From an uncultured Nitrososphaerota archaeon (GTDB taxonomy: Archaea; Thermoproteota; EX4484-205; JAAOZP01): a stretch of DNA of 64,000 bases. Numbering within the stretch: position 1 is the first letter of the stretch; each line of letters starts with the position of its first letter. This document shows positions 49,168 to 59,459 of the stretch, piece by piece. Under the pieces are notes generated by a model. The model made no database searches. It saw nothing but the letters and a program-made list of their open reading frames with translations, and had not been told where the DNA came from. Made by a program: the position numbers and the translations under genes. The stretch lies in the NCBI GenBank assembly GCA_964416155.1, contig CAYQCW010000003.1, positions 157,219 through 221,218 on the forward strand. The letters run 5' to 3'.

Positions 49168-50457
49168 ATGGATTTATTGAAGTATTTGAAAAAGCTCATG
49201 GTATCTATCCCGCTTTGTGACAGATGTTTGGGCAGACAGTTTTCAAACCTTATACCATCCCCTGACAATGAGGCCAAGGGCAGGGTTTTGAAAGATTTTC
49301 TTTTCATGAATGAAATGCTAACCAAGGAGGAAAAACATCGAAAGGCTTTGAAAATAGTTAAAGCCTTGGCCGAATCTGGACATGGGCCTTCGTCGAGCTT
49401 TATTAAAAAGAACCTGGGTGTGAACATAGTTCCTGAGCCTTGCTATATTTGCGAAAACGAAGTCGATTCTTTAATAGAGAATGCTGTCGCCAGCATCATT
49501 GAGAAAGCATCAGAAGTAGAATTCAAAACTTTTTACGTAGGACTTACGCTGCCGGTTTCCATTGAGGAGAAAGATGAAAAAGTGAAGTCTTTCTTTAAGC
49601 TGAAGTTTGGAGAAGCTTTGAAAAACGAGCTCAACAGAGAGGTAATTAGGAAAGTAGAGAGAACGTTGCAGAAGAAGCCGGAGATGAAGAGACCTGACGT
49701 TCTCTTCATATATGATGCTGTGAGAAAGCAGGTTTCGATGCAGATAAATTCGGTTTTCCTTAAATCCAGTTACAAAAAGCTTGTTGGAGGAATTGCTCAA
49801 ACAAAGTGGCGGGGAATCGACGGTGAGAATACAACGCCTTCCGTAGAAAAAATGCTGGAAGAGATCCTTTTACCAGCTTATAAGGGTAGAGGTTTAAAAT
49901 TTCACGGTGCTGGGAGAGAGGATGTCGATGTAAAAATGCTTGGGAAGGGAAGACGCTTCATAGTTGAAATACTTGAGCCAAAGATTAGGAATGTGGATTT
50001 AGAGAAACTGCGTTCAGAGTTTAACAGAAGGTTTGGAAACATGGTTGAGATAGCTGAATTCCTATACGCAACCCATTCTGAAGTACCTCGACTCAAGCTG
50101 GAGGCGGAAATCCATAAGAAGAGTTACAGAGTCTTATTTGAAACAGAAAGAAAAGCTTCGGAAGAAGAGTTAAGAGATTTATCGGAAAGGCTTACTGGAG
50201 CCGTGGTTAATCAGAGTACCCCTTTAAGAGTATTGAAAAGGAGGAAGGATAAGGTTAGGAGAAAAATCGTTTACAAAGCTGTTTTTAGAAGGCTCGAAGG
50301 CAACCTTTATGAGGCATCCATAACTTGCAGTGGAGGGCTTTACGTTAAAGAACTTCTCCACGGTGACGAGGGGAGAACAGTCCCCTCAGTAGCCGGGCTT
50401 CTTAACACGAAGATTAAAATAGTGGAGATGGAAGTGACGGGTATTGAAGGTGGTTAA
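49168..50457 (+). CDS. pus10: tRNA pseudouridine(54/55) synthase Pus10
   Basis: LCDRCLGRQF, GAGREDVDVKMLG, GGLYVKEL. Confidence 0.93.
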   Translation: MDLLKYLKKLMVSIPLCDRCLGRQFSNLIPSPDNEAKGRVLKDFLFMNEMLTKEEKHRKALKIVKALAESGHGPSSSFIKKNLGVNIVPEPCYICENEVDSLIENAVASIIEKASEVEFKTFYVGLTLPVSIEEKDEKVKSFFKLKFGEALKNELNREVIRKVERTLQKKPEMKRPDVLFIYDAVRKQVSMQINSVFLKSSYKKLVGGIAQTKWRGIDGENTTPSVEKMLEEILLPAYKGRGLKFHGAGREDVDVKMLGKGRRFIVEILEPKIRNVDLEKLRSEFNRRFGNMVEIAEFLYATHSEVPRLKLEAEIHKKSYRVLFETERKASEEELRDLSERLTGAVVNQSTPLRVLKRRKDKVRRKIVYKAVFRRLEGNLYEASITCSGGLYVKELLHGDEGRTVPSVAGLLNTKIKIVEMEVTGIEGG

Positions 50458-50463
50458 GTAAAA

Positions 50464-50751
50464 ATGCCTCAAACCTCCGGGAGAAGAATAAAAGCTAGAA
50501 GCCTGCTTAAGAAAAAAGTTAGAGAGAGAGGAATAAAACCCCCCTCATACCTTTTGCAAGACTATAGGCAGGGGGATAGGGTAGTCTTAAAGTATGACTC
50601 CTCAGTTCATAAGGGGATGCCTCATAGGAGGTTCTACGGCAAAATAGGGACTGTAATAGGCAAAAGAGGGAGAGCATATGTCATCCAAGTAGTAGACGGG
50701 GATAAAACAAAAACTTTAATTGCAAGATCAGAGCATTTAAAGAGGCTGTAG
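50464..50751 (+). CDS. rpl21e: 50S ribosomal protein L21e
   Basis: HKGMPHRRFYGKIG, RGRAY, RSEHLK. Confidence 0.95.
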   Translation: MPQTSGRRIKARSLLKKKVRERGIKPPSYLLQDYRQGDRVVLKYDSSVHKGMPHRRFYGKIGTVIGKRGRAYVIQVVDGDKTKTLIARSEHLKRL

Positions 50752-50754
50752 ATA

Positions 50755-51084
50755 ATGGGTATTCAAAAGATATCTGAAACAGATATAACGATACCTGAGG
50801 CGCTTGAAACCCTTTCCGCACAGGAGGATTTGAAGCAATATCAGCGACTGGTCTTAGACTATTTGAAAGAGGCTTCTAAACTTCCCGCGGATAAGGCTAA
50901 AAATCTATTGGAAGAACTTATGAAGGAGGCTGGTCTTACTAGGAAAGAAGCGGTTATGCTTGTCAACATACTGCCGAAGAGTAAATATGAGATAATGGCA
51001 ATCCTGTCTGGTGGGAGGGATAAGGAGTTTTTAACTCTTGAAAAAGTTGAAAAGATTAAAAGTATCATTGATAAGTATGCCTGA
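50755..51084 (+). CDS. rpoF: RNA polymerase subunit Rpo4/RpoF
   Basis: ITIPEA, LDYL, VNILP; conserved position after rpl21e. Confidence 0.88.
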   Translation: MGIQKISETDITIPEALETLSAQEDLKQYQRLVLDYLKEASKLPADKAKNLLEELMKEAGLTRKEAVMLVNILPKSKYEIMAILSGGRDKEFLTLEKVEKIKSIIDKYA

Positions 51085-51110
51085 ATCGGGTGAAACCTTC
51101 TTGTAAAAAC

Positions 51111-51503
51111 TTACTTGACCCGCATTATTTTCTGTCTTCCGCCGACTCTCCAGTATTCCACGGTTACTCCTTGAACTATACTGTTTTTAAGACTCTGGTC
51201 CTGGGGTAGCGGTATTTCGAAAACCTCGTATGTTTCAAGATCCATTATTTGCGCATTGTCACCTATTATTGCAAGCACCTGGGCGTTTCTCTTCTCTATC
51301 ATGGGGACCTCCACCTTAGCGTCAACAGGGCTTAACAGGGTGTGTTTAGACCCATTGAACAAGCCTATGCCTACGACACGGGCCTTAGCACTGCCATGTT
51401 TGCCTGGCTTAGAGTGCGAAACCTCCACTATTTGACATGGCTCATTATCAATCATGAGCCAAGACCCCTCTTTCAACTCTCCTAGCTCGACTACTTTACC
51501 CAT
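51111..51503 (-). CDS. eif5a: Translation factor aIF5A
   Basis: [10 protein letters not shown] hypusine motif, QIMDLETYE. Confidence 0.96.
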   Translation of the reverse strand: MGKVVELGELKEGSWLMIDNEPCQIVEVSHSKPGKHGSAKARVVGIGLFNGSKHTLLSPVDAKVEVPMIEKRNAQVLAIIGDNAQIMDLETYEVFEIPLPQDQSLKNSIVQGVTVEYWRVGGRQKIMRVK

Positions 51504-51551
51504 TTTGGGGAAAACTAATAAGCCGCGTATTTAAAAAACTTATGTAACAAG

Positions 51552-52358
51552 ATGGCGAAGGCGAAGAAGATAGCGGTAGTCTATAAAACCAAGGAGCCTG
51601 AGGCCATGAAGGTTATCGATGTGGTTAAGAGGCTTTTGAAGCCGGAGTCTGTCGAAGAAAACCTGTTGTCAAGCCTTGCAGGGAAGAGACTAGGGGGGTT
51701 TGACCTAATTGTCTGCTTAGGAGGAGACGGAACCTTGGTGAGAACCTGCCGGGTGGTTGAAAACGGAGGCGTAATCCTGCCGGTTAACATGGGCAAGAAA
51801 GGCTATTTAATGGAAGTGGACCCCGAGAAGTTGCCTTCCTATCTGGAAAAGTATCAAAACGACGAATTTCTAGTTGAGAAATGCTTCAAACTGAGAATAG
51901 GCTACGGTGGCAGGGTGCTTACCGCAGTGAATGAAGTTGTGATTAGGAACATAATGGGTTTAAAACAAGTAGCGTTATCCGTAGAGCTGGAAGAAGGAGG
52001 CTTCATAGTGGAGGGAGACGGGGTTTTGGTTTCAACCCCTATCGGATCATCCGCCTACTCCCTCAACGCGGGAGGACCATTTGTTTTATCCAATGTAAAC
52101 ATCTTAGTATGTACCCCGTTGTGCGCACGGAAACCCTTGAGACCATTAATAGTTAATAAGGATACGTTAATAAAAGTGAAATATTTAAGTGGCGAAGAAA
52201 TACAGATGATAATAGACGGAGATGAGACGTTCAAGGTGGATTCTAAGGAAACCATAGAGATCACAGGGTCAACCGAAACAGTTAACATTATCCGTTTCTC
52301 CAGGTCTTTCAACATTAAGCGTATGGGCAGGTTGACAGGGGGGGTTGAAAACGGTTAA
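51552..52358 (+). CDS. nadK: NAD(+) kinase
   Basis: GGDGT, NE, GDG-STPIGSSAYSLNAGGP. Confidence 0.92.
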   Translation: MAKAKKIAVVYKTKEPEAMKVIDVVKRLLKPESVEENLLSSLAGKRLGGFDLIVCLGGDGTLVRTCRVVENGGVILPVNMGKKGYLMEVDPEKLPSYLEKYQNDEFLVEKCFKLRIGYGGRVLTAVNEVVIRNIMGLKQVALSVELEEGGFIVEGDGVLVSTPIGSSAYSLNAGGPFVLSNVNILVCTPLCARKPLRPLIVNKDTLIKVKYLSGEEIQMIIDGDETFKVDSKETIEITGSTETVNIIRFSRSFNIKRMGRLTGGVENG

Positions 52359-52878
52359 GCAAGGATACGTTCTGGATTCTACAGCCATAATACAGGGGGT
52401 AGATCCAAACTCCCTTAAAAAAGAATCATTCACCATAAGAGAACTTCTAGACGAGATCGGGGAAATAGGCAGGAGATGGATAAGAATAAAGACGGCGATG
52501 ATGCTGGGGAAACTAGTAATCCGGGAGCCTTCCGCCGGAGGCATGGAGAAAGTAGAGAAGGTCGCTAAGGAATACGGATTGTACGACAAGCTTTCAAAGC
52601 CAGATATTAAGATCCTGACTCTAGGTTACGAGTTGCATAGCGAGGAGGATTATGATATAGAGATAATAACCGATGACTACGATATTCAGAATACCGCCGC
52701 CATTCTGAACCTGAAGTATATTTCGATAGGGATGAAGAAGATAAGAAAAACCTATCTATATGTCAAGTATTGTCCCGCCTGTAAAAGAAAATACTCCGGG
52801 TATGCTGGAACCATCTGTCCTGTATGCGGATATAGGCTGATAGGCATGAAGAGGGTTATAAAAGACAATACTTATTAA
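52345..52878 (+). CDS. nob1: NOB1 family PIN endonuclease
   Basis: VLDST, LSKPD, TDDYDIQN, CPAC...CPVCG zinc ribbon. Confidence 0.9.
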   Translation: MKTVKQGYVLDSTAIIQGVDPNSLKKESFTIRELLDEIGEIGRRWIRIKTAMMLGKLVIREPSAGGMEKVEKVAKEYGLYDKLSKPDIKILTLGYELHSEEDYDIEIITDDYDIQNTAAILNLKYISIGMKKIRKTYLYVKYCPACKRKYSGYAGTICPVCGYRLIGMKRVIKDNTY

Positions 52879-55800
52879 AAGTAGTGTTTCAGCTTCTTTT
52901 GAGTGAGAAACACGTTGTCTTCTTTCGTAAGAAAGAGCGAAAGCTCCTTCTCCAGCAATTCGAGGCTGCTTGAAAAATATGGATCCGAGGGGTATGATGC
53001 TAAAACCTTTTTCCCAAGAGCCAAGTATTTTTTAACCCCGCTTATGTAAACTGTTGGAAGAAGCTCTCCTCCGCAAGAGGTACACCTGGAAACCAGCGGG
53101 AGCCTCCTGAATTTTTTGCCACACTTCTTGCACCGGAATTTCTGAACGTGAAACGTCTTAATGTTTCCAGAAATGTCTTTTAGCAAATGAGAGTTCAAAA
53201 GGTTTTCTGCAAAATCCTTCTTATCAATCCCGGTTAGAAGAGATGTAACTTCTAACTGTAGTTTTAATTTTCTCTCCATAGAGCCTAGAGTACTATAGAT
53301 ATTTCTTTTAACGCCTTTTACCATATTACTCGTATTATGAGACCAAGTTATGTTAAGATCGTCTTTACTGGTCAGCCGCATTTTATCTAAAAGTTCCTTT
53401 GGCTTCACACCCTGTTCAGCCAAGAAATAAATATCTTTACTGTATTTCGCCATATTTTCCATGTTATAGATCTGATCGTCTATTTCATCTGGTTTTAAAA
53501 CAGGTATTATTATAAGTGGGGTATCCATCAACCCTCCCGCAGCATCAGGAACATAATACTTCGAGAAATTTAAAAAGGCGTCTAAAAGAAGAATTATGGA
53601 GTCCCCGTCTCCATCACAATCCCTTCTTTTAGCCTGATGCCAGAAGGGATGGGCGAAGACGACTTGTGAATCAGTAAAACCTATCATTCTACCCACGATT
53701 GCCCCAAGCGTATGAGGAGAAATCCCTAGGACAAGATGCCCAACAAGATCTTCTCTTGACCTAATGTTGTAGTACGGCTCCACATGGTAGAAAAGCCTGA
53801 GTTCCTCGTCAATAAAACTTGCAACTTTAACGAGAGAATCGCCCATTTCCTTAGGAAGAATTACATCCTGAGGATAAAGGTATAGAAGCTGGCTGCTTTC
53901 AGTAAGAGGATTACCGTCGACATCCCTATCATAGCCTAGTTTCTTCAAAGCCTCTACAGAAACCCCGATTTCCTCAGGTTTGAAAGCTGTTAGCGGAGCA
54001 TTAGTAGCGTCGAACCGGATAGTTCCATCCTTGTATATCGTTAAGCCATTCTTGGCTCTCAGAATGCCTTTTTCAATTGGCTCAGGAACCCTATTCTTGT
54101 TCATCAGTCCTTTCACTCCCTTGACTTCGGAGCCTGTTGTAATTCCAAGCATTTTTTCAGCATCTTCTAAAATGCTTCGAAGTGGAACGTTTGTTGCATG
54201 AAAGGAATTACATTTGCTCCGGCATTTTTCACATTCTTCAGATTTAGAGTATGAATTACACTTAGTGCAATAGTATACGGGTAGGGTAGCAGACTTACAC
54301 TGGGGGCAATGCAAATAGAAGAGAAGTTGGTTGCATTTTTCGCAATACCTATTACAAACATTTACAACTATGTTCCCACGGGATGCTGCGGCAATAATGT
54401 TTCTTTTTGGACCACCTTCTAAACCTACTGGAAACAATACGTGTGAAGGAGGATGCATTTCTCTGAGTTTTGCCGCCTCAGGTCTTCCAAGTCTAGCGGA
54501 TATGAAGGTACCTTTCTTGGGTTTGATCTTAAACTGGAGAACAGAGTTAAGATAATCGATAGAGTTTTTTTCAGATCCTGCCGGAGGCAAGGTGTATTTT
54601 GAAAGATATGCTAGGAATTCGGTATGGATTTTAGACAACCTAATATACCCGTTTTCAACTTGGAAAGGAAGGCACATCTTCTCTAACTCGTTCAACAAAG
54701 CACCGTCCTCTATCGGAACAATAACGTGATCCTTCTCAACCTTAGCCTTCTTGAAGCATTCAATTACATGGAGAAGTTCGGAAGCATTTAAGTTATCTAT
54801 GAAAAAGTAAAAAGCAGGGTGAAGAGGAACATCTAGGGCCAAGCTTATCTGTAAGGCTGTTCCAAAATCAATACTGATAAACGGATTCTTAACTATCCCC
54901 CAGAGGAAACCGGTTTCTAAAGGAAGACTCTTAATCTTAGCCTCCTTATCCTTTAAAGCCGCTTCGAGCTCTGCGGCCCACTGTTCTTCAGTGTACCCTA
55001 CCTTGTCGAGAGGAGTGTTTCCTTCAATATAGTCTCCCACAGATATGAGTATATCGCCAAGAAAAAGCACTTTAGAAATGTCGTGTTGAATCCTTTTAAG
55101 CTTGTCTTCGCTTTCAACAAGATGCACGGATCCATCATACGTCTTAACTATTGGAGGCATGATTGAATCTACAGGCATCACTATAGCCGATTTCCCAGGC
55201 CGATCTATTCTAAGCTGAGAGCCTATTGACAAGAAGCCTCGGAGAAGCTCCATCGCCACAGGATGTATCCCCATCGCCATCAACCCAGTGTTTCTAGCTC
55301 TTCCATACCTTATTCTAAAACCTCCGAAAGCCTCAGAAGACGAGAAGAAAGGCCTCCCGATCAAAACTTCTTTGAGATATTCTGATTTCTTGCTTTCAAC
55401 CTCGATTCTGGATATCCAGGACCATCCGGATATGTTAAGCTTGTTGATTATGCTTTCAAACTTCTTAACCCTACCAATTATGCCATCGTTTATAATTCTT
55501 AAAGCACCGCCCCTAAGCCTGTTCGTCTCCACTCTTGGAAGATCCCTATAAATTACCACTTCAGTTTCTTCAGATGGCAGACCCGTAATCTCTACAGGAA
55601 GATTCTCTATAACCTCGGCAATTTGATCCTTAGCAACCTTATATTGAAACCTGTTTTTACCCCTTTCATACAGCCTCAATTCCTCAATGTAACGCGAAAC
55701 CTCTTCCTTAGTAGGCTTATACCTATCAAGTTTCAACACCCTCCTTATGAAGTCTGCAAGAATTATGGAGAGAGCCTGCTCCGTGCCTCCGGCGGACCTC

Positions 55801-56234
55801 ATCGGTCCAGAGAAATAAACAGCCAAGTACCTAGTATTGTCAGGATTTCTCTTTATCAAAACTTTCTCTATGCCCTCTATAGGAGCTGCTGTAGTCCCTG
55901 GAGGAGTCAATGAAGCAAGCGCCGCCTTCAACGCTAGTTCTGCCGCTTTTTCTTCGGAAAAAGACCCGAATCTCCCCAGTATGATGTCTTCAGCTATTTT
56001 GAACGGTATTTCTATTGGCGGAAGAGTTTTTTTAAGGTCCTCAAACCTCTCTTTAAACCCATTCAAACCGAGTATTTTCTCAATGGTTTCAGCCTGGGAG
56101 AACGAAATTATGGACTCTGGTTTCTTCTCAGGGTCATACCCATTTTCCTTAGCTTGGACAGCGTATTCGTATGCCTCCCAGAACTTTTCCTGTAAAAACC
56201 GGTTATATTCTTCAATACCCATCTTTAACAGCAT
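52875..56234 (-). CDS. polC: DNA polymerase II (PolD) large subunit DP2
   Basis: GPMRSAGGT, FRIRYGRARNTG, RRDCDGDGD catalytic Asp pair, C-terminal zinc finger; no intein seen. Confidence 0.96.
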   Translation of the reverse strand: MLLKMGIEEYNRFLQEKFWEAYEYAVQAKENGYDPEKKPESIISFSQAETIEKILGLNGFKERFEDLKKTLPPIEIPFKIAEDIILGRFGSFSEEKAAELALKAALASLTPPGTTAAPIEGIEKVLIKRNPDNTRYLAVYFSGPMRSAGGTEQALSIILADFIRRVLKLDRYKPTKEEVSRYIEELRLYERGKNRFQYKVAKDQIAEVIENLPVEITGLPSEETEVVIYRDLPRVETNRLRGGALRIINDGIIGRVKKFESIINKLNISGWSWISRIEVESKKSEYLKEVLIGRPFFSSSEAFGGFRIRYGRARNTGLMAMGIHPVAMELLRGFLSIGSQLRIDRPGKSAIVMPVDSIMPPIVKTYDGSVHLVESEDKLKRIQHDISKVLFLGDILISVGDYIEGNTPLDKVGYTEEQWAAELEAALKDKEAKIKSLPLETGFLWGIVKNPFISIDFGTALQISLALDVPLHPAFYFFIDNLNASELLHVIECFKKAKVEKDHVIVPIEDGALLNELEKMCLPFQVENGYIRLSKIHTEFLAYLSKYTLPPAGSEKNSIDYLNSVLQFKIKPKKGTFISARLGRPEAAKLREMHPPSHVLFPVGLEGGPKRNIIAAASRGNIVVNVCNRYCEKCNQLLFYLHCPQCKSATLPVYYCTKCNSYSKSEECEKCRSKCNSFHATNVPLRSILEDAEKMLGITTGSEVKGVKGLMNKNRVPEPIEKGILRAKNGLTIYKDGTIRFDATNAPLTAFKPEEIGVSVEALKKLGYDRDVDGNPLTESSQLLYLYPQDVILPKEMGDSLVKVASFIDEELRLFYHVEPYYNIRSREDLVGHLVLGISPHTLGAIVGRMIGFTDSQVVFAHPFWHQAKRRDCDGDGDSIILLLDAFLNFSKYYVPDAAGGLMDTPLIIIPVLKPDEIDDQIYNMENMAKYSKDIYFLAEQGVKPKELLDKMRLTSKDDLNITWSHNTSNMVKGVKRNIYSTLGSMERKLKLQLEVTSLLTGIDKKDFAENLLNSHLLKDISGNIKTFHVQKFRCKKCGKKFRRLPLVSRCTSCGGELLPTVYISGVKKYLALGKKVLASYPSDPYFSSSLELLEKELSLFLTKEDNVFLTQKKLKHYF

Positions 56235-57013
56235 TGGCCCAGGCCTTTAACACTACCTTTCTTCAATGCGCCTTTCCGCCCACCCTCTATTATCTCAGAA
56301 AGCTTCTCTTCTGGAGCGCCGATTTCCTCCAAAACGTCGCCCGTAACTATTATATCGGCACCCGCGGAAACAACATTCTCAGCAGCTAAGCCATCTCTTA
56401 TCCCCCCACCCACAACAAGTGGAACACTGATGCATCTTTTAACCATAGCTATCAGCTTTTCTGGGACATGAGCTGCAACGCCAGAACCCGCTTCAAGATA
56501 GATGACTCTGAAGCCAAGAGCCTCGGCCGCCATAGCATAACCGATTGTCAACTCGGGTATCTCAAAGGGAAGAGGCCTGGCATCACCTATATACCCAGCT
56601 GCCCCACCAGTCCCAAGTATCAGATAAGCCATCGGAATAGTTTCCAACCCCAATTCCCTTATGGTCCTGATTCCGAGGACTTGTGCACCGATAATATAAT
56701 ATGGATTTGACGAGTTTAGTAGGGACATGAACCAGATTGCATCAGCACCACGTGCTATGCTTGCAACGTTGCTGGGGAAAATTATTACGGGCAGTTTTGA
56801 ATTAGATTTAATCTTAACAATAGCTTCCTCATAGTCAGAGGTTCTATGCGAAGTGCTTCCACCAACCATGAATGCAGAGGAGCCTGCTACTTCAGCCGCC
56901 CTGACTACTTCCTCGACCCTGTTCATTTTCTCAGGATCGATTAAGGTTATATGGATGAAACCGTTTTCCTCAATCTTCTCGCGTAAGTATTTTTCTGTTT
57001 TCCCTATTCGCAA
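56225..57013 (-). CDS. Geranylgeranylglyceryl phosphate synthase
   Basis: TLIDPEK, MVGGST, SLLNS, YLEAGSG, VGGGIR. Confidence 0.93.
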   Translation of the reverse strand: MRIGKTEKYLREKIEENGFIHITLIDPEKMNRVEEVVRAAEVAGSSAFMVGGSTSHRTSDYEEAIVKIKSNSKLPVIIFPSNVASIARGADAIWFMSLLNSSNPYYIIGAQVLGIRTIRELGLETIPMAYLILGTGGAAGYIGDARPLPFEIPELTIGYAMAAEALGFRVIYLEAGSGVAAHVPEKLIAMVKRCISVPLVVGGGIRDGLAAENVVSAGADIIVTGDVLEEIGAPEEKLSEIIEGGRKGALKKGSVKGLGQCC

Positions 57014-57057
57014 CCTGTTTAAAGCGAGTTGTAGAATATATAAATCTAAAAGAGCCC

Positions 57058-57297
57058 CTAAGAAACCTCTCCACTGTGATATTTATCTACAAACCTGTTG
57101 AAGTAGTCAACATTCTCCAAGTTCTTAATATACTCTAGATTCGTTGCCAAACTGCAATTACCGCATTCGACTCTCACGCTTCCCGAAGCCTTGTCCTCAA
57201 TGACAGAGACAGCCTGTATACCGCATTTCGGACAGGGAAAAATCTTAGGAATAACTCTACGAATAACCTTAGCTTCTCTCCTTCTTCTTCTAGCCAT
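57058..57297 (-). CDS. elf1: Transcription elongation factor Elf1
   Basis: MARRRR basic N-terminus, FPCPKC...CGNC, VDYFNRFVD. Confidence 0.88.
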   Translation of the reverse strand: MARRRRREAKVIRRVIPKIFPCPKCGIQAVSVIEDKASGSVRVECGNCSLATNLEYIKNLENVDYFNRFVDKYHSGEVS

Positions 57298-57431
57298 ACT
57301 TCGAGAAAACATTCTCCACCACATCTATTTTTCCCTTTCCCCGCCCGGTCGGAGAGGAGGAAGTGCTGCCCAAACCTCACAGGGTATACAAAAAAGTATA
57401 ACTACAGCCCGCTGTTAACAAAAATAGAAAG

Positions 57432-57821
57432 ATGGCAGAAAAGAGTAGAAAAACAGACATTATCGTGGAAAAACTCTTAGAAGAATCAAACCTTACCTCC
57501 AAACAACTTAAAGCCCTGATACTGTATTCCAACAATATAGAACAGAGAATAGTTGAGAATGGGTATGTAGACTTTGACGGTAAAAAAATTCCTAAGGGGG
57601 CTTTTTTCAGGATTTTAAGCCAAGCCAAGGAAAATGTTAGAAAATCAATAATTACATTAATTTTAATGTCATATATAGGCCTGATGGATGCCGAACATTT
57701 TAGCGCAATAATGCAGATCACAAGCATAATGATGCAAATCAAAGGTCAAGATGAGACTTTGATTAAGACACTTTTAGAAAAACTTAAAGCCACTATCGAC
57801 ATTAGAAAAAGAGCAAAGTAA
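57432..57821 (+). CDS. Hypothetical helical protein near oriC
   Basis: SNLTSKQL...KGAFFRILSQAKENVRKSI; HTH-like. Confidence 0.7.
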   Translation: MAEKSRKTDIIVEKLLEESNLTSKQLKALILYSNNIEQRIVENGYVDFDGKKIPKGAFFRILSQAKENVRKSIITLILMSYIGLMDAEHFSAIMQITSIMMQIKGQDETLIKTLLEKLKATIDIRKRAK

Positions 57822-57853
57822 AAATACCTTGCCTGTCTCAAGGTAGACAAGCA

Positions 57854-58450
57854 ATGGATCTCCTTAATCTTCTAAAGCGGCCTGGAGAAGAGATACGGAA
57901 AGAGAGGAAAAGAAGGGGGGTAACCCAGAGTTTACTAGCTAAAAAAGCGAAAGTAAGTCAAGCATTGATAGCAAGAATCGAGAAACAACAGATAGACCCA
58001 CGTCTTTCCACACTACGAAAGATAGTTGAGGCATTAATAGAGGAAGAACAGCAGAAGGGGACAAAAGCCATAGACATAGCTGTACGTGACGTCATCGTTG
58101 TAAATCATGATGATACTATTGAAAAAGCCGTGAAGCTAATGCGCAGATACGGTATATCACAGCTACCTGTATTAAGGAATGGGGCTCCAATTGGAGCAGT
58201 GGAGGAATTGGAGCTCTTGAAAGCCTTTTCCAAGGAGAAAGATGTTGAGAAATTTTACCAGAAAAAAGTAGTAGAAGCCATTTCCTCAGTATACCCCATG
58301 GTAGAACCGGATGCAAGTATAGCAGACGTTATAGACTATCTTTTGAAAGGACATAATGCGGTTTTAGTAACTAGAAACGGGCGATTAGAGGGCATAATAA
58401 CCAAGATTGACGTCCTGATGAAAAGTAAAAATATAATAGCATCAGTCTAG
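57854..58450 (+). CDS. XRE-HTH + CBS-pair transcriptional regulator
   Basis: TQSLLAKKAKVSQALIARIE, DPRLST, GISQLPV, GIITKID. Confidence 0.9.
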   Translation: MDLLNLLKRPGEEIRKERKRRGVTQSLLAKKAKVSQALIARIEKQQIDPRLSTLRKIVEALIEEEQQKGTKAIDIAVRDVIVVNHDDTIEKAVKLMRRYGISQLPVLRNGAPIGAVEELELLKAFSKEKDVEKFYQKKVVEAISSVYPMVEPDASIADVIDYLLKGHNAVLVTRNGRLEGIITKIDVLMKSKNIIASV

Positions 58451-58462
58451 CATCAAAAATAA

Positions 58463-58930
58463 ATGACACCGCTACTCGGGAGAGGAAGAAGAGAAAAGGA
58501 AATCGAGGAAAGACTTTCGGAGTTGAAGGAGAGAAGCGAAATCTTGGAAAGAAGACTCGACGAGACGATTGAAAAATTAGAAAAAGTAGAAAAGGGAGCG
58601 AGACTCTTAACGGAAGCAGTATATAAGATAATCACTTACTTAAAAGACCTTGAGTTACCAAAAGAAGAAGTAAGGCAGATAAAAGCAGACAGACCTTTAG
58701 AGACAGTTAGAAAGAAAGAACTCTCGAAAGAAGAATATCTTACAGAGACAGAGGAAAAACTCATAGATGAACTTAAGAAAAAAGGAACGCTTACTGTGAG
58801 TGAATGTTATGTACACATTGGAAGATCAAAGGAACATATCAGCAGAATGTTAAAACGGCTTGTTGAGAAGGGAATATTAATAAGAGAAAGAAAGGGGAAA
58901 ACTTTTTGCTACAGGCTTGCTGAAGAGTAA
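58463..58930 (+). CDS. Coiled-coil + winged-helix protein
   Basis: Heptad N-terminus; LTETE...RSKEHISRMLKRLVEKGILIRE wHTH. Confidence 0.75.
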   Translation: MTPLLGRGRREKEIEERLSELKERSEILERRLDETIEKLEKVEKGARLLTEAVYKIITYLKDLELPKEEVRQIKADRPLETVRKKELSKEEYLTETEEKLIDELKKKGTLTVSECYVHIGRSKEHISRMLKRLVEKGILIRERKGKTFCYRLAEE

Positions 58931-58936
58931 CATGTG

Positions 58937-59404
58937 TTACTGATTTTTTAGAAGAATGGCTGCAGCCTGATAAATGTATTCCCTCCCTCTTTTCCTTCTC
59001 ATCAGGAGCCCCTTGTCATGTAGCCTCATGAGATAGGTGGCAACTGTACTCAGTTGGATGGGTTTGCCGATTCTTTCTTCATACCTGTTCTTAATATCTC
59101 TAGACGCGAAATCCATATTTCTAAATTCCCTTATGACTTTCAATATATTGTTTAATGTTTCCCCCTGCCTGCGTAATACTTCAAAGACTTGTTCGTCATC
59201 AACTTTTTTTACTGCTTTCTCTGAAGACAGAGAAGAAACCACATCTTGGTAAAGCGTTTCTTGCGAAAACATCAATGAAAGAAGCTTAGAAAGTATGGAT
59301 GCATATTTGTCCAGCCCGCTGCCTTCCAGTCTAAGAGAAACAAGTGTGTCTGAACCATCCGAAAAACGGATCTCAAGTTTTTTTCTGCTATCTCTGATAA
59401 TCAC
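58937..59404 (-). CDS. Winged-helix (BlaI/CopY-like) protein transcribed away from oriC
   Basis: FASRDIKNRYEE...LSTVATYLMRLHDKGLLMRRKRGREYIY. Confidence 0.75.
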   Translation of the reverse strand: MIIRDSRKKLEIRFSDGSDTLVSLRLEGSGLDKYASILSKLLSLMFSQETLYQDVVSSLSSEKAVKKVDDEQVFEVLRRQGETLNNILKVIREFRNMDFASRDIKNRYEERIGKPIQLSTVATYLMRLHDKGLLMRRKRGREYIYQAAAILLKNQ

Positions 59405-59459
59405 AGTGATCAGCTAGCTTTTCAGTATAATCTAGCAAATAAGTGTTAACAAGTAGTTT

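Noticed and set aside
57298-57431. GC-rich stretch upstream of elf1 as a possible sRNA
   Set aside because: No convincing C/D, H/ACA or tRNA structure found by eye
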